Assembly: GCF_004010195.1 (NCBI RefSeq)
Contig: NC_057720.1
Coordinates: forward strand, 825,515-868,091
From: Chiloscyllium plagiosum
Lineage: Eukaryota
Length of the DNA stretch: 42,577 nt
Direction: 5' to 3'
Shown here: in pieces, positions 1 to 13,100 of the stretch
Numbering within the stretch: position 1 is the first letter of the stretch
Layout: the number at the start of each line of letters is the position of its first letter
Translations under genes and position numbers: made by a program
The notes under the pieces: generated by a model
What the model saw: only the letters and a program-made list of their open reading frames with translations
The model's database searches: none
What the model was told of the DNA's origin: nothing

Positions 1-146
1 GCACTCCCTCAGTACTGACCCTCTGACAGTGTGGCACTCCCTCAGTACTGACCCTCTGACAGTGCAGCACTCCCTCAGCACTGACCCTCTGACAGTGTGG
101 CACTCCCTCAGTACTGACCCTCTGACAGTGTAGCACTCCCTTAGTA
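1..146. repeat. 33-bp tandem repeat (GCACTCCCTCAGTACTGACCCTCTGACAGTGYR), about 4.5 copies
   Basis: Units start at 1, 34, 67, 100 and 133; the same unit recurs at 14208-14370. Confidence 0.95.
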
Positions 147-345
147 CTTTAAGGGTCAGAGCAGTGTCAAAGGGCCAAATGGCCTGTTTCCACACTTTGG
201 GGACTCAATGATTTTATACGATATCGGAGCAGAATTAGGCCATTCGGCCCATTGAACCTTCTCCGTCATTCAATCATGGCCGATACGTTTTTCAACCCTC
301 AACCCCACTCTCTTGCCTTTTCCCATAACCCTTACTCCCTTGTTA

Positions 346-1127
346 ATCGACAGAGGCTGTGCTAGAGAGTAACCAGGTTAGTGTTAATCCACAGAGAGTG
401 TGCTGGAGAGTAACCAGGTTAGTGTTAATCGACAGAGAGTGCGATGGAGAGTAACCAGGTTAGTGTTAATCTACAGAGAGTGTGATGGAGAGTAACCAGG
501 TTAGTGTTAATCTACAGAGTGTGCTGGAGAGTAACCAGGTTAGTGTTAATCTACAGAGACTGTGATGGAGAGTAACCAGGTTAGTGTTAATCTACAGAGA
601 GTGTGCTGGCGAGTAACCAGGTTAGTGTTAATATACAGAGTGTGTGATGGCGAGTAACCAGGTTAGTGTTAATCGACAGAGACTGTGATGGAGAGTAACC
701 AGGTTAGTGTTAATCTACAGAGTGTGCTGGAGAGTAACCAGGTTAGTGTTAATCTACAGAGAGTGTGATGGCGAGTAACGAGGTTAGTGTTAATCTACAG
801 AGTGTGCTGGAGAGTAACCAGGTTAGTGTTAATCGACAGAGACTGTGATTGGGGACTCAATGATTTTATACGATATCGGAGCAGAATTAGGCCATTCGGC
901 CCATTGAACCTTCTCCGTCATTCAATCATGGCCGATATGTTTTTCAACCCTCAACCCCACTTTCTTGCCTTTTCCCATAACCCTTACTCCCTTGTTAATC
1001 GACAGAGGCTGTGCTAGAGAGTAACCAGGTTAGTGTTAATCTACAGAGAGTGTGCTGGCGAGTAACCAGGTTAGTGTTAATATACAGAGTGTGTGATGGA
1101 GAGTAACCAGGTTAGTGTTAATCTACA
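346..1127. repeat. 39-41-bp minisatellite (GAGAGTAACCAGGTTAGTGTTAATCTACAGAGAGTGTGCTG), interrupted at about 849-996 by a duplicated flank
   Basis: Directly visible tandem units. Confidence 0.95.
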
Positions 1128-1337
1128 ATCACCTCCAGTTCCAGGCTTACCTCTCCACAATGAATATTTGCTAAGGTGAGGATGTATTATTTATGCTCTG
1201 GGACTTTGAATAAAGTCATTTCCAATTCTTATCACACGGGAGTCAGGGGAATGTTTCCATCCTTTTGTGTCCCTGAAGGTGAAGGATATCGGGTCTGAGA
1301 TAGAATCAACCCCATTTCATCTCCCTGTGTCAACCCC

Positions 1338-1715
1338 AAACACCCCCAGGATAGGGACAGCACAGGGTTAGATACAGAGTAAAGCTCCCCCTACACTGTC
1401 CCCCCTCAAACACTCCCAGGATAGGGACAGCACGGGGTTAGATACAGAGTAAAGCTCCCCCTACACTGTCCCCCCTCAAACACTCCCAGGATAGGGGCAG
1501 CAGCAGTTAGATACAGAGTAAAGCTCCCCCTACACTGTCCCCCATCAAACACTCCCAGGATAGGGGCAGCACGGGGTTAGATACAGAGTAAAGCCCCACC
1601 CCACACTGTCCCCATCATACACTCCCAGGATAGGGGCAGCAGCAGTTAGATACAGAGTAAAGCTCCATCTACACTGTCCCCATCATACACTCCCAGCACG
1701 GGGTTAATACAGAGC
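1338..1715. repeat. About 70-bp tandem repeat (CCCAGGATAGGGACAGCACGGGGTTAGATACAGAGTAAAGCTCCCCCTACACTGTCCCCC...), about 5 copies
   Basis: CAGGATA recurs at 1347, 1417, 1487, 1556 and 1625. Confidence 0.93.
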
Positions 1716-2494
1716 AACACTGCCTCTAAGCTTTCAGGCTGAAAGTAAAGCTCTCTCTATCCTGTCCCTATCAATCAGGGCCGGTACTGAAGGAGTTCCA
1801 CATCCTTTCGGAAAAGCAGGGTCAGGATTTGATACAATAGTCCGATTGCAATCTCAGTGATCTCTAAATGTTCATAACCTCCTCACTCTGATCGTCTCTG
1901 TCACTGTTCACAAAGCCCTGGGTCCCAATGTCTTTATAAACACTTTTATCCAGCACTGTTTAAAGACAGGTTTCAGTGTGACTTCTCCCAAGGTTGAATA
2001 GCCAGTTAACATCAGGTCTTGCAGATGAAGAATGAGAAGTTGGGGTGTGCGATCCTGCCTGGGGAGCGCGGGCTGGAGTAGGTGACTCCCAGGAGAGTAA
2101 GGAAAGGAGGGTTAATCCATTGGGATTGGAGTTGAAGCTGAGAGCTGGAGTAGGAGTCATTCCCGAGATATGGAAACACTGGAGGGGGAAGCATTTGGTG
2201 TGAGCTTCCTCCCAATCCCTGAGCTCAGAGTGTGACACTCTGTAAACAGACCAAAGAGAAACGAGCGCAGCTCGATGTAATTACAGGCCTGACAGCCCCA
2301 TCCATCAAAACCAAAACGAGAAACATTCAGCAACAAGACGGCAAACATCAGCTGGGGCTGAGCCTCGGAGGCATCTCCAGGAGAATGGGAAACCTGTCCT
2401 CATTTATTGTCCGTCTCCAGGGAACAAACACAGCCTTTTCACTCTGACTGAGCAGCTGATGTAGAACAAACCCAGCTCAGGCTTCACAGACACT

Positions 2495-2600
2495 GGAGAA
2501 AGGACTTACATTTCTCTAGCACCCACCACCACCTCAGGACATCCCAAAGCTCTTTACAGTCACTGAAATAGTTTGGAAACGTAGACCGTGTTGTCATGTC
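2495..2600 (-). mobile_element. Old SINE 3' fragment (Deu-domain/SacSINE1-like); related copies at about 6820-6930 and 20780-20930
   Basis: The motif ACTT(G/A)CATTT.TATAGCACC...CTCAGGACATCCCAAAGC.CTTT.CAG is shared by the copies; the family name is from memory. Confidence 0.5.
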
Positions 2601-3224
2601 TGCAGTCTGTCCTTTTCATTTAACCCTTTCTGCTCTGTTACTCAGTGCCCATTGATGCTCCCAGGGATTGGACAGGTTTCTGTTTGGTGTTCCTGGTTCT
2701 CCAATCTCTCCTATTGACTCCATCTCTGACCCTGTTCCCCACCGTCTCACTGAACTCATCCAAACATCGAAACAAGGGAAACAGGAGCAGGAGTGGCCAT
2801 TCAGCCCTTCCAGCCTGCCCTACCATTCAACATGAACATGGCTGACCATCCATTCAATAACCTGGCCCTGCTTTCCCCCAGATCCTTGGTTTGTGTGACC
2901 CCAGGTGCTGTCCAACTCCTTCCTGAAAACATTTCACGGTTTGGCCACAGCCTCTTTCTGCGGTTCCCCACTCTCTGGGTGAAGATATTTCTCCTCAAGT
3001 CACACTCAGACCCAGTGCTGGGGAATCGATACGTCACAGTTTATCATCGTACGTTCTTACCCCGTCCCTGAATTCATCTTCAATGCAATTCCCAAACCTT
3101 TCCCTCACCGTCTGGGACCTGTTTTCATTTTGGCACAAGCAGTCAGCCAGATGGTGAAGGCACAGCTCCTGTCCCTGTGACCAATCGTTCCTCACTTACC
3201 CCTTCACTCAGCCCCATGGCCCTC

Positions 3225-3455
3225 ATTGCAGTCCACAGCGTCTCCCCGAGACCCCACTCCCTCCCTCAGTGTCTCCCCGAGTCCCCACTCCCTCCCTCAG
3301 TGTCCCCTTCACTCCCTCACTCTCTCCGTCCCTGTCTCTGTCACTCCCTCACTCTCTCCGTGAGTGTCTCTGTCACTCCCTCACTCTCTCAGTGACCTAC
3401 CTCACTCTCTCCCTCCCTGACTCCCTCAGTGATCTCCCTCACTCCCTCTCCAACA
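3225..3455. repeat. CT-rich low-complexity tract
   Basis: Degenerate CACTCCCT/CTCT repeats. Confidence 0.85.
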
Positions 3456-3780
3456 GATGATTAATGGGAGAGAGATTTTTACCCACTCTCAGAGGAACAG
3501 CTTTAAGGTGTTTGACACAAACACTTCAAATGGAGCCATCAGAAAATTCCTCAAATCACCCTGAGGTCATTCAGCCCATTGATGCTGCCCCTTGACCCTG
3601 TGAACACAGGGCAGCTCTTCCCTCGAAGCCCATCCCGTTCCCTTTCCTCTATCCCCAGCGATGGGGAAGGAGAGAGCAGTGGGAAAGAGCAGGGGCTGAT
3701 GGAGTAAGATGCAGAGGGACCAAGGTGTCCTAGTGCATGAATCACAAAATGTTAGTTTGTAGGGACAGTAAGTTATATGA

Positions 3781-4620
3781 ACATAGAACATAGAACAGTA
3801 CAGGCCCTTCGGCCCTCGATGTTGTGCCGACCTTTTATCCTCCTCGAAGATTAATCTAACCGACGTGCCCCTCATCGTATTGTCTTCCATGGGCCTATCC
3901 AAGAGTCGCTTAAACGTCCCTAATGTCCCTGACTCTACTCCCACCGCTGGCAGTGCATTCCACACACCCCCCCACTCTCTGTGTAAAGAACCTCCCTCTG
4001 ACATCTCCCCTATATCTTCCTCCAATCACCTTAACATTATGCCCCCTCATGATAAACATTTCCACCCTGTGAAAACGTCCCTGGCTATCCACTCTATTGA
4101 TGCCTCTCATCAACTTGTACACCTCTATCAAGTCACCTCTCATCCTTCTTCTCTCCAATAAGAAAAGCCCCAGCTCCCTCAACCTTTCTTCATAAGACAC
4201 ACCCTCCAGTCCAGGCAGCATCCTGGTAAATCTCCTCTGCACGCTCTCTAAAGCTTCCACATCCTTCCAATAATGAGGCAACCAGAGCTGAACACAATCT
4301 TGCCAAGTGTGGTCCAACCAGGGCTCTACAGAGCTGCCGCATAACCTCGCGGCTCTTAAACCCAATCCCCTGCTAATGAATGCCAACACACCACATGCCT
4401 TCTTAACGACCCTATCCACTTGGGTGGCAACTTTGACATGGCCGTGGACCCCAAGATCCCTCAGTACCTAAACACTGACAAGAATCCTGCCTTTAACCCT
4501 GTAAAAGGCACACAACTTCCACCTTCCAAGATGAATCACCTCACACTTTTCCAGGTTGAACGCCATCTGCCACTGCTCAGCCCAGCTCTGCATCCTGTCA
4601 ATGTCCCGTTGTAACTTACA
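3781..4620 (-). mobile_element. CR1 LINE 3' fragment (ORF2 C-terminus, 3'UTR and (TTCTATG)n tail)
   Basis: ORF 3910-4419 contains VQRRFTRMLPGLEGVSYEERLRELGLFLLERRRMRGDLIEVYK; ORF 4468-4653 contains LQRDIDRMQSWAEQWQMAFNLEKCEVIH; the tail ACATAGAACATAGAAC lies at 3781. Confidence 0.95.
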
Positions 4621-4721
4621 AACGCAGTCAGAAAGCTGGCTAAATCTTACCATTGATCACAAGGGAATTAAATACAAATGTCAAGGGGTTATACTTCAGT
4701 TAGACAGAGTACTGGTGGCAT

Positions 4722-5958
4722 TGGACACAGCAATGCAGCACGAACATGGACTGGAGACAGTAATGTAGCACTAACATGGACTGGACACAATAATGTAGCA
4801 CTAACATGGAGTGGACACAGTAATGCAGCATTAACATGGAGTGGACACAGTAATGTAGCACAAACATGGACTGGACACAGTAATGTAGCATTAACATGGA
4901 CTGGACACAGTAATGTAGCACTAACATGGAGTGGACACAGTAATGCAGCACTAACATGGAGTGGGCACAGTAATGCAGTACTAACATGGAGTGGACACAG
5001 TAATGCAGCACTGACATGGAGTGGACACAGTAATGTAGCACTAACATGGAGTGGGCACAGTAATGCAGCATTAACATGGAGTGGGCACAGTAATGTAGCA
5101 CTGACATGGAGTGGACACAGTAATGCAGTACTAACATGGACCGGACACAGTAATGCAGCATTAACATGGACTGGACACAGTAATGCAGCATTAACATGGA
5201 GTGGACACAGTAATGCAGCACTAACATGGAGTGGACACAGTAATGCAGCACGAACATGGACTGGACACAGTAATGTAGCACGAACATGGAGTGCACACAG
5301 TAATGCAGCATTAACATGGAGTGCACACATAATGCAGCACTAACATGGACTGGACACAGTAATGTAGCACTAACATGGAGTGGACACAGTAATGCAGCAC
5401 TAACATGGAGTGGGCACAGTAATGCAGCACTAATATGGAGTGGACACAGTAATGCAGCACTAACATGGTGTGGACACAGTAATGCAGTATTAACATGGAG
5501 TGCACACAGTAATGCAGCGTTAACATGGAGTGGACACAGCAATGCAGCACTGAAATGGAGTGGACACAGCAATGCAGCACTGACTTGGAGTGGACACAGT
5601 AATGCAGCACTGACATGGAGTGGACACAGTAATGCAGCGTTAACATGGAGTGGACACAGTAATGCAGCACTAACATGGAGTGGACACAGTAATGCGGTGT
5701 CAACATGGAGTGGACACAGTAATGCAGTGTTAACATGGAGTGGACACAGTAATGCAGCACTAACATAGAGTGGACACAGTAATGCAGCACTGACAGAGAG
5801 TGGACACAGTAATGCAGCACTGACAGAGAGTGGACACAGTAATGCAGTGTTAACATGGACTGGACACAGTAATGCAGCACTAACATGGAGTGGACACAGT
5901 AATGCAGTGTTAACATGGAGTGGACACAGTAATGCAGCACTAACATGGAGTGGACACC
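4722..5958. repeat. 30-bp minisatellite (GTGGACACAGTAATGCAGCACTAACATGGA), about 41 copies
   Basis: Regular 30-bp periodicity, with one 1-bp deletion near 5330. Confidence 0.97.
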
Positions 5959-6929
5959 CCTTTGCTGGGTTTCATGTCTAAAGGACACTCTCTTTGTTAA
6001 TAGGAGCTGACTGGTGAACGATGTGGGTGTTAGGTTTGGGGAATGATGGTGTGTTTGGTCTGAATGTTAAACATGGACCCTGTATCAAAGAGGGGAGTGA
6101 AAGGCAGAGGTCACCTGAGAGACTCACACTCCCAGAGAGAGCCTGATTTCCATCGCTCCCTCACCATCTCCCAAACGTCCAGGGGCTCTGAGGGTCCAAG
6201 TTCTGACCATCACAAGGACAGACCCCGGGGGAATGATGGGCTGGAGCATTGCCCTCACTGCGTGTGCCAACCCCCCACTGCCCCTCAGACTGGGCAACCT
6301 CCATACCCCAGCCTCTGTCCTCAGGATGGGGCTTTAGACTGAGGCTCAGCCTGTCGTCAGGGAGACAAACTTCAAATATTTCAACTCCTTCTTACAAGCT
6401 GCACAACATCATTTGTTCTTCAGCCTCTGAACAAATGATGGTTGAGCTGTGGCTGTTAAATATTTATATCCTGCAGCCCTGATTAAAGATGCTAACCCAC
6501 TGCATTCATTTTGCAGCCATCGGAATGAAGAGGCAGTTTATACAGTGACATTAACAGCTGGATTGATATCTTCCCCACCCACTGGTCATCAGAGTCAATC
6601 AGCTGATGGCAACTTTCAGGAGGTGATATTTTCTGGGATTTGGAAGGATTGGCATTTTGATGAATTCATTCGGGAATGCTGGGCATTCATTGGCTGGGAC
6701 CCGTGGGTGTGAACCTGTTCACCCTTTCAATCCTGATCAAATTAACCCTTCATTGTCCAGACAAGGTGCAGACAGCTTTTCCCAAAAACCCGGCCAACCA
6801 GAGAAACACTCGGGAATCAACAACTACTTCATTTATATAGCACCTTTCACACAATGAAAGCTCCCAGGATGTTTCACAGGAACATTCTAAGATTAAGTCT
6901 GACACAGGAGCACCTCAGGAGATATTCAG

Positions 6930-7035
6930 TCATGAAGGGTCACTGGACTCTCTCCAAAGGCACAGCCAGACCTGCTGAGTTTCTCCAGCACTTTCTGTTT
7001 CTGTTTTAGATTTCCAGCATCCACAGTTCCTTTTT
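6930..7035 (+). mobile_element. Degenerate Penelope-like 3' terminal fragment with a deleted hammerhead relic
   Basis: TGAAGGGTCACTGGAC...GCCAGACCTGCTGAGTTTCTCCAGCA...GATTTCCAGCATC; same family as 36800-36935. Confidence 0.6.
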
Positions 7036-7309
7036 TTAATTCACCTTAGTTTCTGTTTCTGTCTCTGGGTGTGTTGGGTTAATACAGAGCTGGACTTGGA
7101 GGGGTGTTAGGGACAGTGCCCAATAGTAATGGAGCTCTGGTTTCCTTCGATTGCAGTGGGACAGTACGGGGCTTTTCACTGACCCAGGGACTGGGGAACT
7201 TGCTGCTGCCCCATCAGAGTGCAGGCTATAACCCAGGCTGGGCACTGGGACTGACAGCTCCAGACATCACGTCCCACTGCGTCAGCTGCAGCAGAGAGCT
7301 CCATACTCC

Positions 7310-7412
7310 TGCCTCTCCGTCAGCCTCTCCCTCTCTCCGTCAGCCTCTCCCTCTCTCCGTCAGCCTCTCCCTCTCTCTGTCAGCCTCTCCCTCTCTCTGT
7401 CAGCCTCTCCCT
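7310..7412. repeat. 20-bp tandem repeat TCAGCCTCTCCCTCTCTCYG; a CT-rich tract follows at 7580-7830
   Basis: Visible tandem units. Confidence 0.85.
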
Positions 7413-7570
7413 CGGAAGTGGGAGGATTCAAAGGAGAAATTGTTAAGGGTGAGGACCAGTTCGGCCAAACAAATGAGAGTGTCGGTGGAGGGGTACTGTT
7501 GGGAACGTCTGGAGAGGAAAAAACGGAGGGCTTGGAGGCTCTGGTCATGGCGGATGGAGGTTCCCTCTCT
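7413..7570 (-). mobile_element. Penelope-like reverse transcriptase fragment
   Basis: Minus-strand peptide TSIRHDQSLQALRFFLSRRSQQYPSTDTLICLAELVLTLNNFSFESSHF resembles the Penelope RT segment that precedes the Q..GVAMG motif. Confidence 0.8.
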
Positions 7571-8029
7571 CCAATATTCACTCGCTGTCTCTCCATTACT
7601 CACTTTCTTCCTCATTTTGTCACTCACTTTCCCTCCAACACACTCACTCTCTCTATCACTTACTCCCTCTGTCTCTTACTCTCTCTCAGCACCCCTCTCT
7701 CCGTCACTCACTTCCTCTCTCTTTCTATCCCTCATTCTCTCTCCCTCACTCTTTCTCCCTCTCCCTCTCTCCCTCTCTCCGTTACTCCCCTTCTCTTTCA
7801 CTCCCTCTCTCCATTCCTCTCTCTCTGGTTTCACACATTAAAGGACGATCTCTGTTTTCTCGTGTATTTTATATAAAATAAAGCAGGTGCATGGTCGAAG
7901 GGACCGTTTATCTCCTGGAGTTCTCATGTCAGGTTCTCTCTGTGAAGGTTCTGGTTCTGACTGTCGCCCTCAAACCCTGTTCAATCCCCCACGCCCCCCA
8001 TGTCTCCACCCCCACACCAGACAGTGAAA

Positions 8030-8505
8030 ACACTGTCTGTCACTGGGTCACTGCCCGTCACTGGGTCACTGCCTGTCACTGGGTCACTGCCTGTCACTGG
8101 GTCCCTGCCTGTCACTGGGTCACTGCCCGTCACTGAGTCACTGTCTGTCACTAGGTCACTGTCTGTCACTGGGTCACTATCTGCCACTGGGTCACTGCCC
8201 GTCACTGGGTCACTGTCTGTCACTGGGTCACTGCCCGTCACTCGGTCACTGCCCGTCACTGGGTCACTGTCTGTCACTCGGTCACTGCCCGTCACTGGGT
8301 CACTGCCCGTCACTGGCTCACTGCCCGTCACTAGGTCACTGTCTGTCACTGGGTCACTGCCCATCACTGGGTCACTGTCTGTCACTCGGTCACTGCCCGT
8401 CACTGGGTCACTGCCCGTCACTGGCTCACTGCCCATCACTGGGTCACTGCCCGTCACTGGCTCACTGCCCGTCACTAGGTCACTGTCTGTCACTAGGTCA
8501 CTGCC
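8030..8505. repeat. 18-bp minisatellite (GTCACTGGGTCACTGCCC) built from GTCACT subunits
   Basis: Visible periodicity. Confidence 0.96.
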
Positions 8506-8929
8506 AGGGCTGGGGTTCAGGCCATTTGTTACTCCCCTCCCCTCCCCTCCCCCACCAAACCCCGGGGCCTGCATTGGTGATGGTGAGGGAACACTGTCCA
8601 TGGGCTGTCCTGACTGAATTGAGGTGGTGGGGGGGGAGGAAGGAGGGGGTTAGGATCTCTCACCTCTCCTCCCCCCACTCCCTGATTAAGAACTGCCCTC
8701 ACCAAGGCTGCCCATGAGGAGGGTTCCAAGCTCCAGGCACCCTCCAGGGCACAGCTACTTGCGTTGTGAATAAAACCTCCACTCCCCCCCCGTCCTCACT
8801 CCGGTCCAGTCTCTTTCGTCTGCCCACATTTGATTTTCCTGCCCCTTGTTTCCTTGATCTCAATAACAAATCCCAGCCTCAGGGAGGATTGTGTCCAATC
8901 CTGGGCCCTGCTCTTTCAGAACAATGTCA

Positions 8930-9790
8930 GGGTGAGGAGAGGGAGCTGAGGAGATTTACTGGAATGGGATCAGGGATGAGGGACCTTAGTGAATGTGGAG
9001 AGACTGGAGAATCCGGGATTGTTCTCCTTAGAGCAGAGAAGGTTCCGGGAGGTTTAACCGAGGTGTTCAAAACCATGGAGAGAGTTTGATGGAGTATAGT
9101 TTCACATGTAGACAGGGCGATGAAGAATACGTTTCACAAACTTACCTTCATCGGTCAGGGCATCGAATCCAGGATTTAACATCACGTTACAGCTGGCCAA
9201 GACAGTGGGAAGGCCATATTTGGAGTACGGCATACATTTATAGTCACCTTATGTCGGAAAGGGAACAAAGCACATTTATAAGAATGTTACCGAGACTGGA
9301 AGGTTTGTGTTAGAAAGAGAGGGTGGTCAAACTGGGAATTTTTTTCCTTGGAGCAGAGGAGGCTGAAGGAGAGGTTTATAAAATCACACGAGGGTTATAG
9401 AGGCGATAAGATCATAAGGAGCAAATATAAAGTGATTAGCCAAAGTCTTGTCCCGAGGTTAGGGGAGTTCAAAACTAAAGAGCATACATTTTAAGGTGAG
9501 AGGGGAAAGATTTGAAAGGGAGCCGAAGGACAATTGTTTCACACAGAGTGTGGGACGTGTATGGAACAGCTGCCAGAGGAAGTGGTAGAGGCAGGAATAA
9601 TTACAACATGTGAAAGACACTTGGACGCGTGCTTGGATAGGAGAGGTTTAGAGGGATATGGGCCAGACGCAGGCAAATGGGATCAGTTCAGATTAGGAAA
9701 CCGGGTTGGCATGGACAGGTTGGGCTGAATGGCCTGTTTCCGTGCTGTTTAAGTCTGTGAATCTATGAGTGGATCAGGAGAAAGTGTTTG
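8930..9790 (+). mobile_element. Degenerate nested CR1 3' fragments
   Basis: Peptides RRFTGMGSGMRDL, FIRMLPRLEGL and LPEEVVEAG...RHLD, followed by a CR1 3'UTR (GGGCTGAATGGCCTGTTTCCGTGCTG). Confidence 0.85.
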
Positions 9791-11319
9791 CAGGGGGAGG
9801 AGGGTCAGTGACCAGAGGGACACAGGTTGAAGGTGAAAGGGCCCCTATTGTGTTGTCTCATGCTGTGATTTGATGCTTCAAGTGCAGTGCAATTAGATCA
9901 CATTACAATGATATTACAGGACTTTTCACCAACTCGGGAATTGAACGGTTACACAGGAGATAAAAGTCAATGTTAAATATACGGAGAATGTTAAATAAAA
10001 GATACTCTTTCCCTGTGAGTGACTAAACCTGATCATTAGGAAGAAATCAGATCCAATTCACCTCAGAAACTTAGTCTTGGCTTGTAATTCCAGCTTTCTC
10101 AATATCCGAAACATTTCAGGGAATGAAATCTCATTTCAGGAGCTTTATCTCTGGGGCCTCGCTGACCAGAGTCTCCTGAGGGACAGTTGGTTCATTGCAC
10201 AGGCCCAAAGCCTGTAATTAAAGCTCATCCATTTCCCACAGAGATTCTACTCTGAACACACAGCAGCAAATGATGGGCGTTCTCTGACCTTTAGGCCTGG
10301 GCTTCGGGTGAACTGAGATCAGGGACTTGAGGCTCCTCCTGGTGCCATGGCTATGCTTCTGAGTATCCTTACTGAGTGAGTCAGGGAGCACAGTTTAAAA
10401 CACTGTTTTTCTTCATTAATGTGAAGCATGTAATAAAGTAATAACACTGAGCAGATAATGTGACAGCGCTGAGCACTAATTATGGGCTGCGGAGTGTGTC
10501 TGGAGTTTGGAATGTACATACGTGGTGACAATCTCCCTGTCACCAGCTGCCGTATAATTCCACATTCTCCTGTGAAAAGATTTCTATGTTCAGCTGCTGT
10601 TTGTGAGGCTGATCACATTCTCCGGTCTACTTCCTGCATCACTCCAGTTCCCATTGGGACTCTGGCATTGACTGGAGCCATTTCAGGGAAGGAGTTACCT
10701 GTTGGAATCACTCTAATAAAAGGAGATTCACAGCACAGACACTGGTCATTCAGCCCAACTGTTCCATGCTGGGGATTCAACTCCACATGAACCTCCTCTC
10801 AGCCCTTCTATTCCTTTCTCTCTCACTGGATCATGCACCTTCCCTTTCTCACCTTTATGATCTTCCTCAACAATTCCTTGTGAACCCACATTCTGTCCAC
10901 TCTCAGGATGGAGACATTTTTGCTGAGTCCCCAGTTGGATTAATTAGTAACTGTCTGATATTGATGATTCTTTATGTGGACACTCCCTTTCCCTACTGTT
11001 CCTGTGAAAAGCAGGGCTGAATGGCCTGTGAATGTAGGATCAGGTTCGAGGGGCTGAATGACCTCCTCCTGTTTCAGTGGGGAAGAGTTGGAAGCTTGAG
11101 GTTTGATGAGTCTGCCCGTGTCCCTGTAAAGCAGCATTAATGGGACTGAGTGAATTGTTATGAAGGGGTCTGAGACAGATGGGGGGTTTGCTGTCCATGG
11201 TGCTGACCCCCGCAGCCTCTGCTGTCCAGGCTCTCCCGGCATTTCCAACATCCCCATCATTGTTCCCAGCAAGCCCGCTCCCAAACCGAGCCCAGACTAT
11301 GTTGGAAAAGGAGGGATTT

Positions 11320-13100
11320 GGGGCTAAAGTTCGGGAGTTGGCTCAAATTTGTAGGAAAGGTAGGGATTAGGTTGTGACAAAGAGATCAAGAATCTGCAAA
11401 AGGCTGAGGGGCCGGTTCACCGAGTGGGGAGAATGTGACCGATGGAGGTTAATGTGGGAAGGTGTTGGTTTCTCCAGGAAGAGCAGAAAAGCAGCATTTC
11501 ATAAAAACGGAGAGAGATTGCACAACTCTGCAGTAAAGAGGGGTCTGGGGGTCCTGGTGCATCAATCACTGAACAAGGTCAGGAAACAGGGTTAGAGAGT
11601 GACCAGGAAGAGAAATGCAATGTTGCTGCCTTCGAGGGGAATGGAATGTAAAACTGGGGATGTTTTCTTACAGTTTAAAATGTACTGGATGGTGGTGAGA
11701 CCACGCGAACACTGGGCACAGTCCTGGATTGCTCAGTTATAAAAGGATATCATTACATTAGGAGCAGTTCAGAGAAAGTTCACTCGAGTGATTCCTGGGG
11801 TGAGGGGGTTATCTAATGAGGGAAGGATGAACAGGCTGGACCTGTATCCATTGGGGTGATGAAGAATGTGAGGGATCTTATTGAAACCTATCAGATCCCG
11901 AGGGACCCTGTCAGGATGGAGACTGAGAGAATGCTTCCCCTTGTACAAGGGTCTAGAGTGAGGGGACATGGGTTAGTAATGAAGGGTCTCCCACTGAAGA
12001 CAGAGCTGAAGAGGAGTAGTTTTCCTCAGCCAGTGATAAGGATTTGGAATTCTTTTGCCCAGCAGCACTGCAGACAGTGATACTGAATATTTGTTTAAGG
12101 CTGGGAAGGCCAGGTCCTTGATTAAGAAAGGAATGAAAGGTCATCCTGGGGTCACTATGTTGTGGAGTGGTGACACAGTCAGATCAGCTGGTATTTTATC
12201 AAATGATAGCACAGGCTTGAAGGGCTGAATTGCCTCCAGCTCCTAATTTGTGTTCCTGCTGTTCATTTCGACAAGTTGCTCTCCATTAACTTCCTGTGAC
12301 ACACCATGGATCACGAGTTTGGTCACAGCAGGAGATTGTGCCCAGTCCTGAGCCTCATTCTTTCGGAAGGATGTCAGAGTCTTGGACAGGGTGAGGAGTA
12401 AATTTACTAGAATGGAATCAGGAATGACGGGCATGAGTGAATGTGGAGAGACTGGAAAAGCTGAGATTGTTCCCCTTAGAGCAGGGAAGGATCAGCCGAG
12501 ATTTAATCAAATGTGGATAAATCAATTAAAACTTTAATAAATGATGAAAGGTTCTGAGGAAGTAAATAATGAGAAAGTGTTTCCAGGGGCAGGAGGGTCA
12601 GTTACCAGAGGGAGAGAGATTGAAGGGAAGCAGGGAAAGGGCCGAGAGGGAGATGGGAGATTTTCTCTGACACAGTGATCTCTCCTTTTTCCATGTAGTT
12701 TGTGGTCTTTTTGGGAGTGGGCTTGCTGGGAATAGTCATGGAAAGTTCAGAAATTCCGGAGAGAGCCTGAGACAGCGGCGCCTGCTGAATTCAGACCCAC
12801 GGACAGCAACCAATGCCAGTGTCATTCGAGGAAACTGTGCCACTCGAACAAGCCCCAACCTTCATGACAGCTTTCTGTGTGAGAGATTGAGAATCTGCTG
12901 GGATCTGGAAGGTGCTGCCTGAAAGGGCAGTGAAAGCAGATTCAATCAAAGCTTTCAAAACAGAACCGGGGAAGGCGAATATTTCACAAGGCTGTAAGGA
13001 GTACACAGGTCCTGAGGGTGATTGTATCGACCTTTCAAAGAGCTGAAACAAACTCGATGGGCTGAATGGCCTCTTTCAGTTCAGTGAGATTCTCTGATTC
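11320..13100 (+). mobile_element. Old, degenerate CR1 ORF2/3' fragments in several pieces
   Basis: Remnants such as GAVQRKFTRVIPGVRGLSNEGR, DLIETYQI and IRIWNS, with GGGCTGAATGGCCT-type 3' ends near 12220 and 13060. Confidence 0.7.

Noticed and set aside
346..1127. CRISPR-like array
   Set aside because: The units are head-to-tail with no unique spacers, there are no cas genes, and the DNA is vertebrate.
4678..5988. Long repetitive ORFs (TWSGHSNAAL, LHYCVHSM and similar)
   Set aside because: These are stop-free frames of a 30-bp minisatellite, open on both strands and broken by a 1-bp indel.
7104..7876. 245-aa and 152-aa plus-strand ORFs with apparently hydrophobic tails
   Set aside because: They consist of CT-rich low-complexity sequence and the antisense of a Penelope RT fragment.
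7981..8617. 206-aa and 205-aa ORFs (VTGSDP, VTGSLP), antifreeze- or mucin-like
   Set aside because: They are translations of an 18-bp minisatellite, open in several frames, with no gene context.
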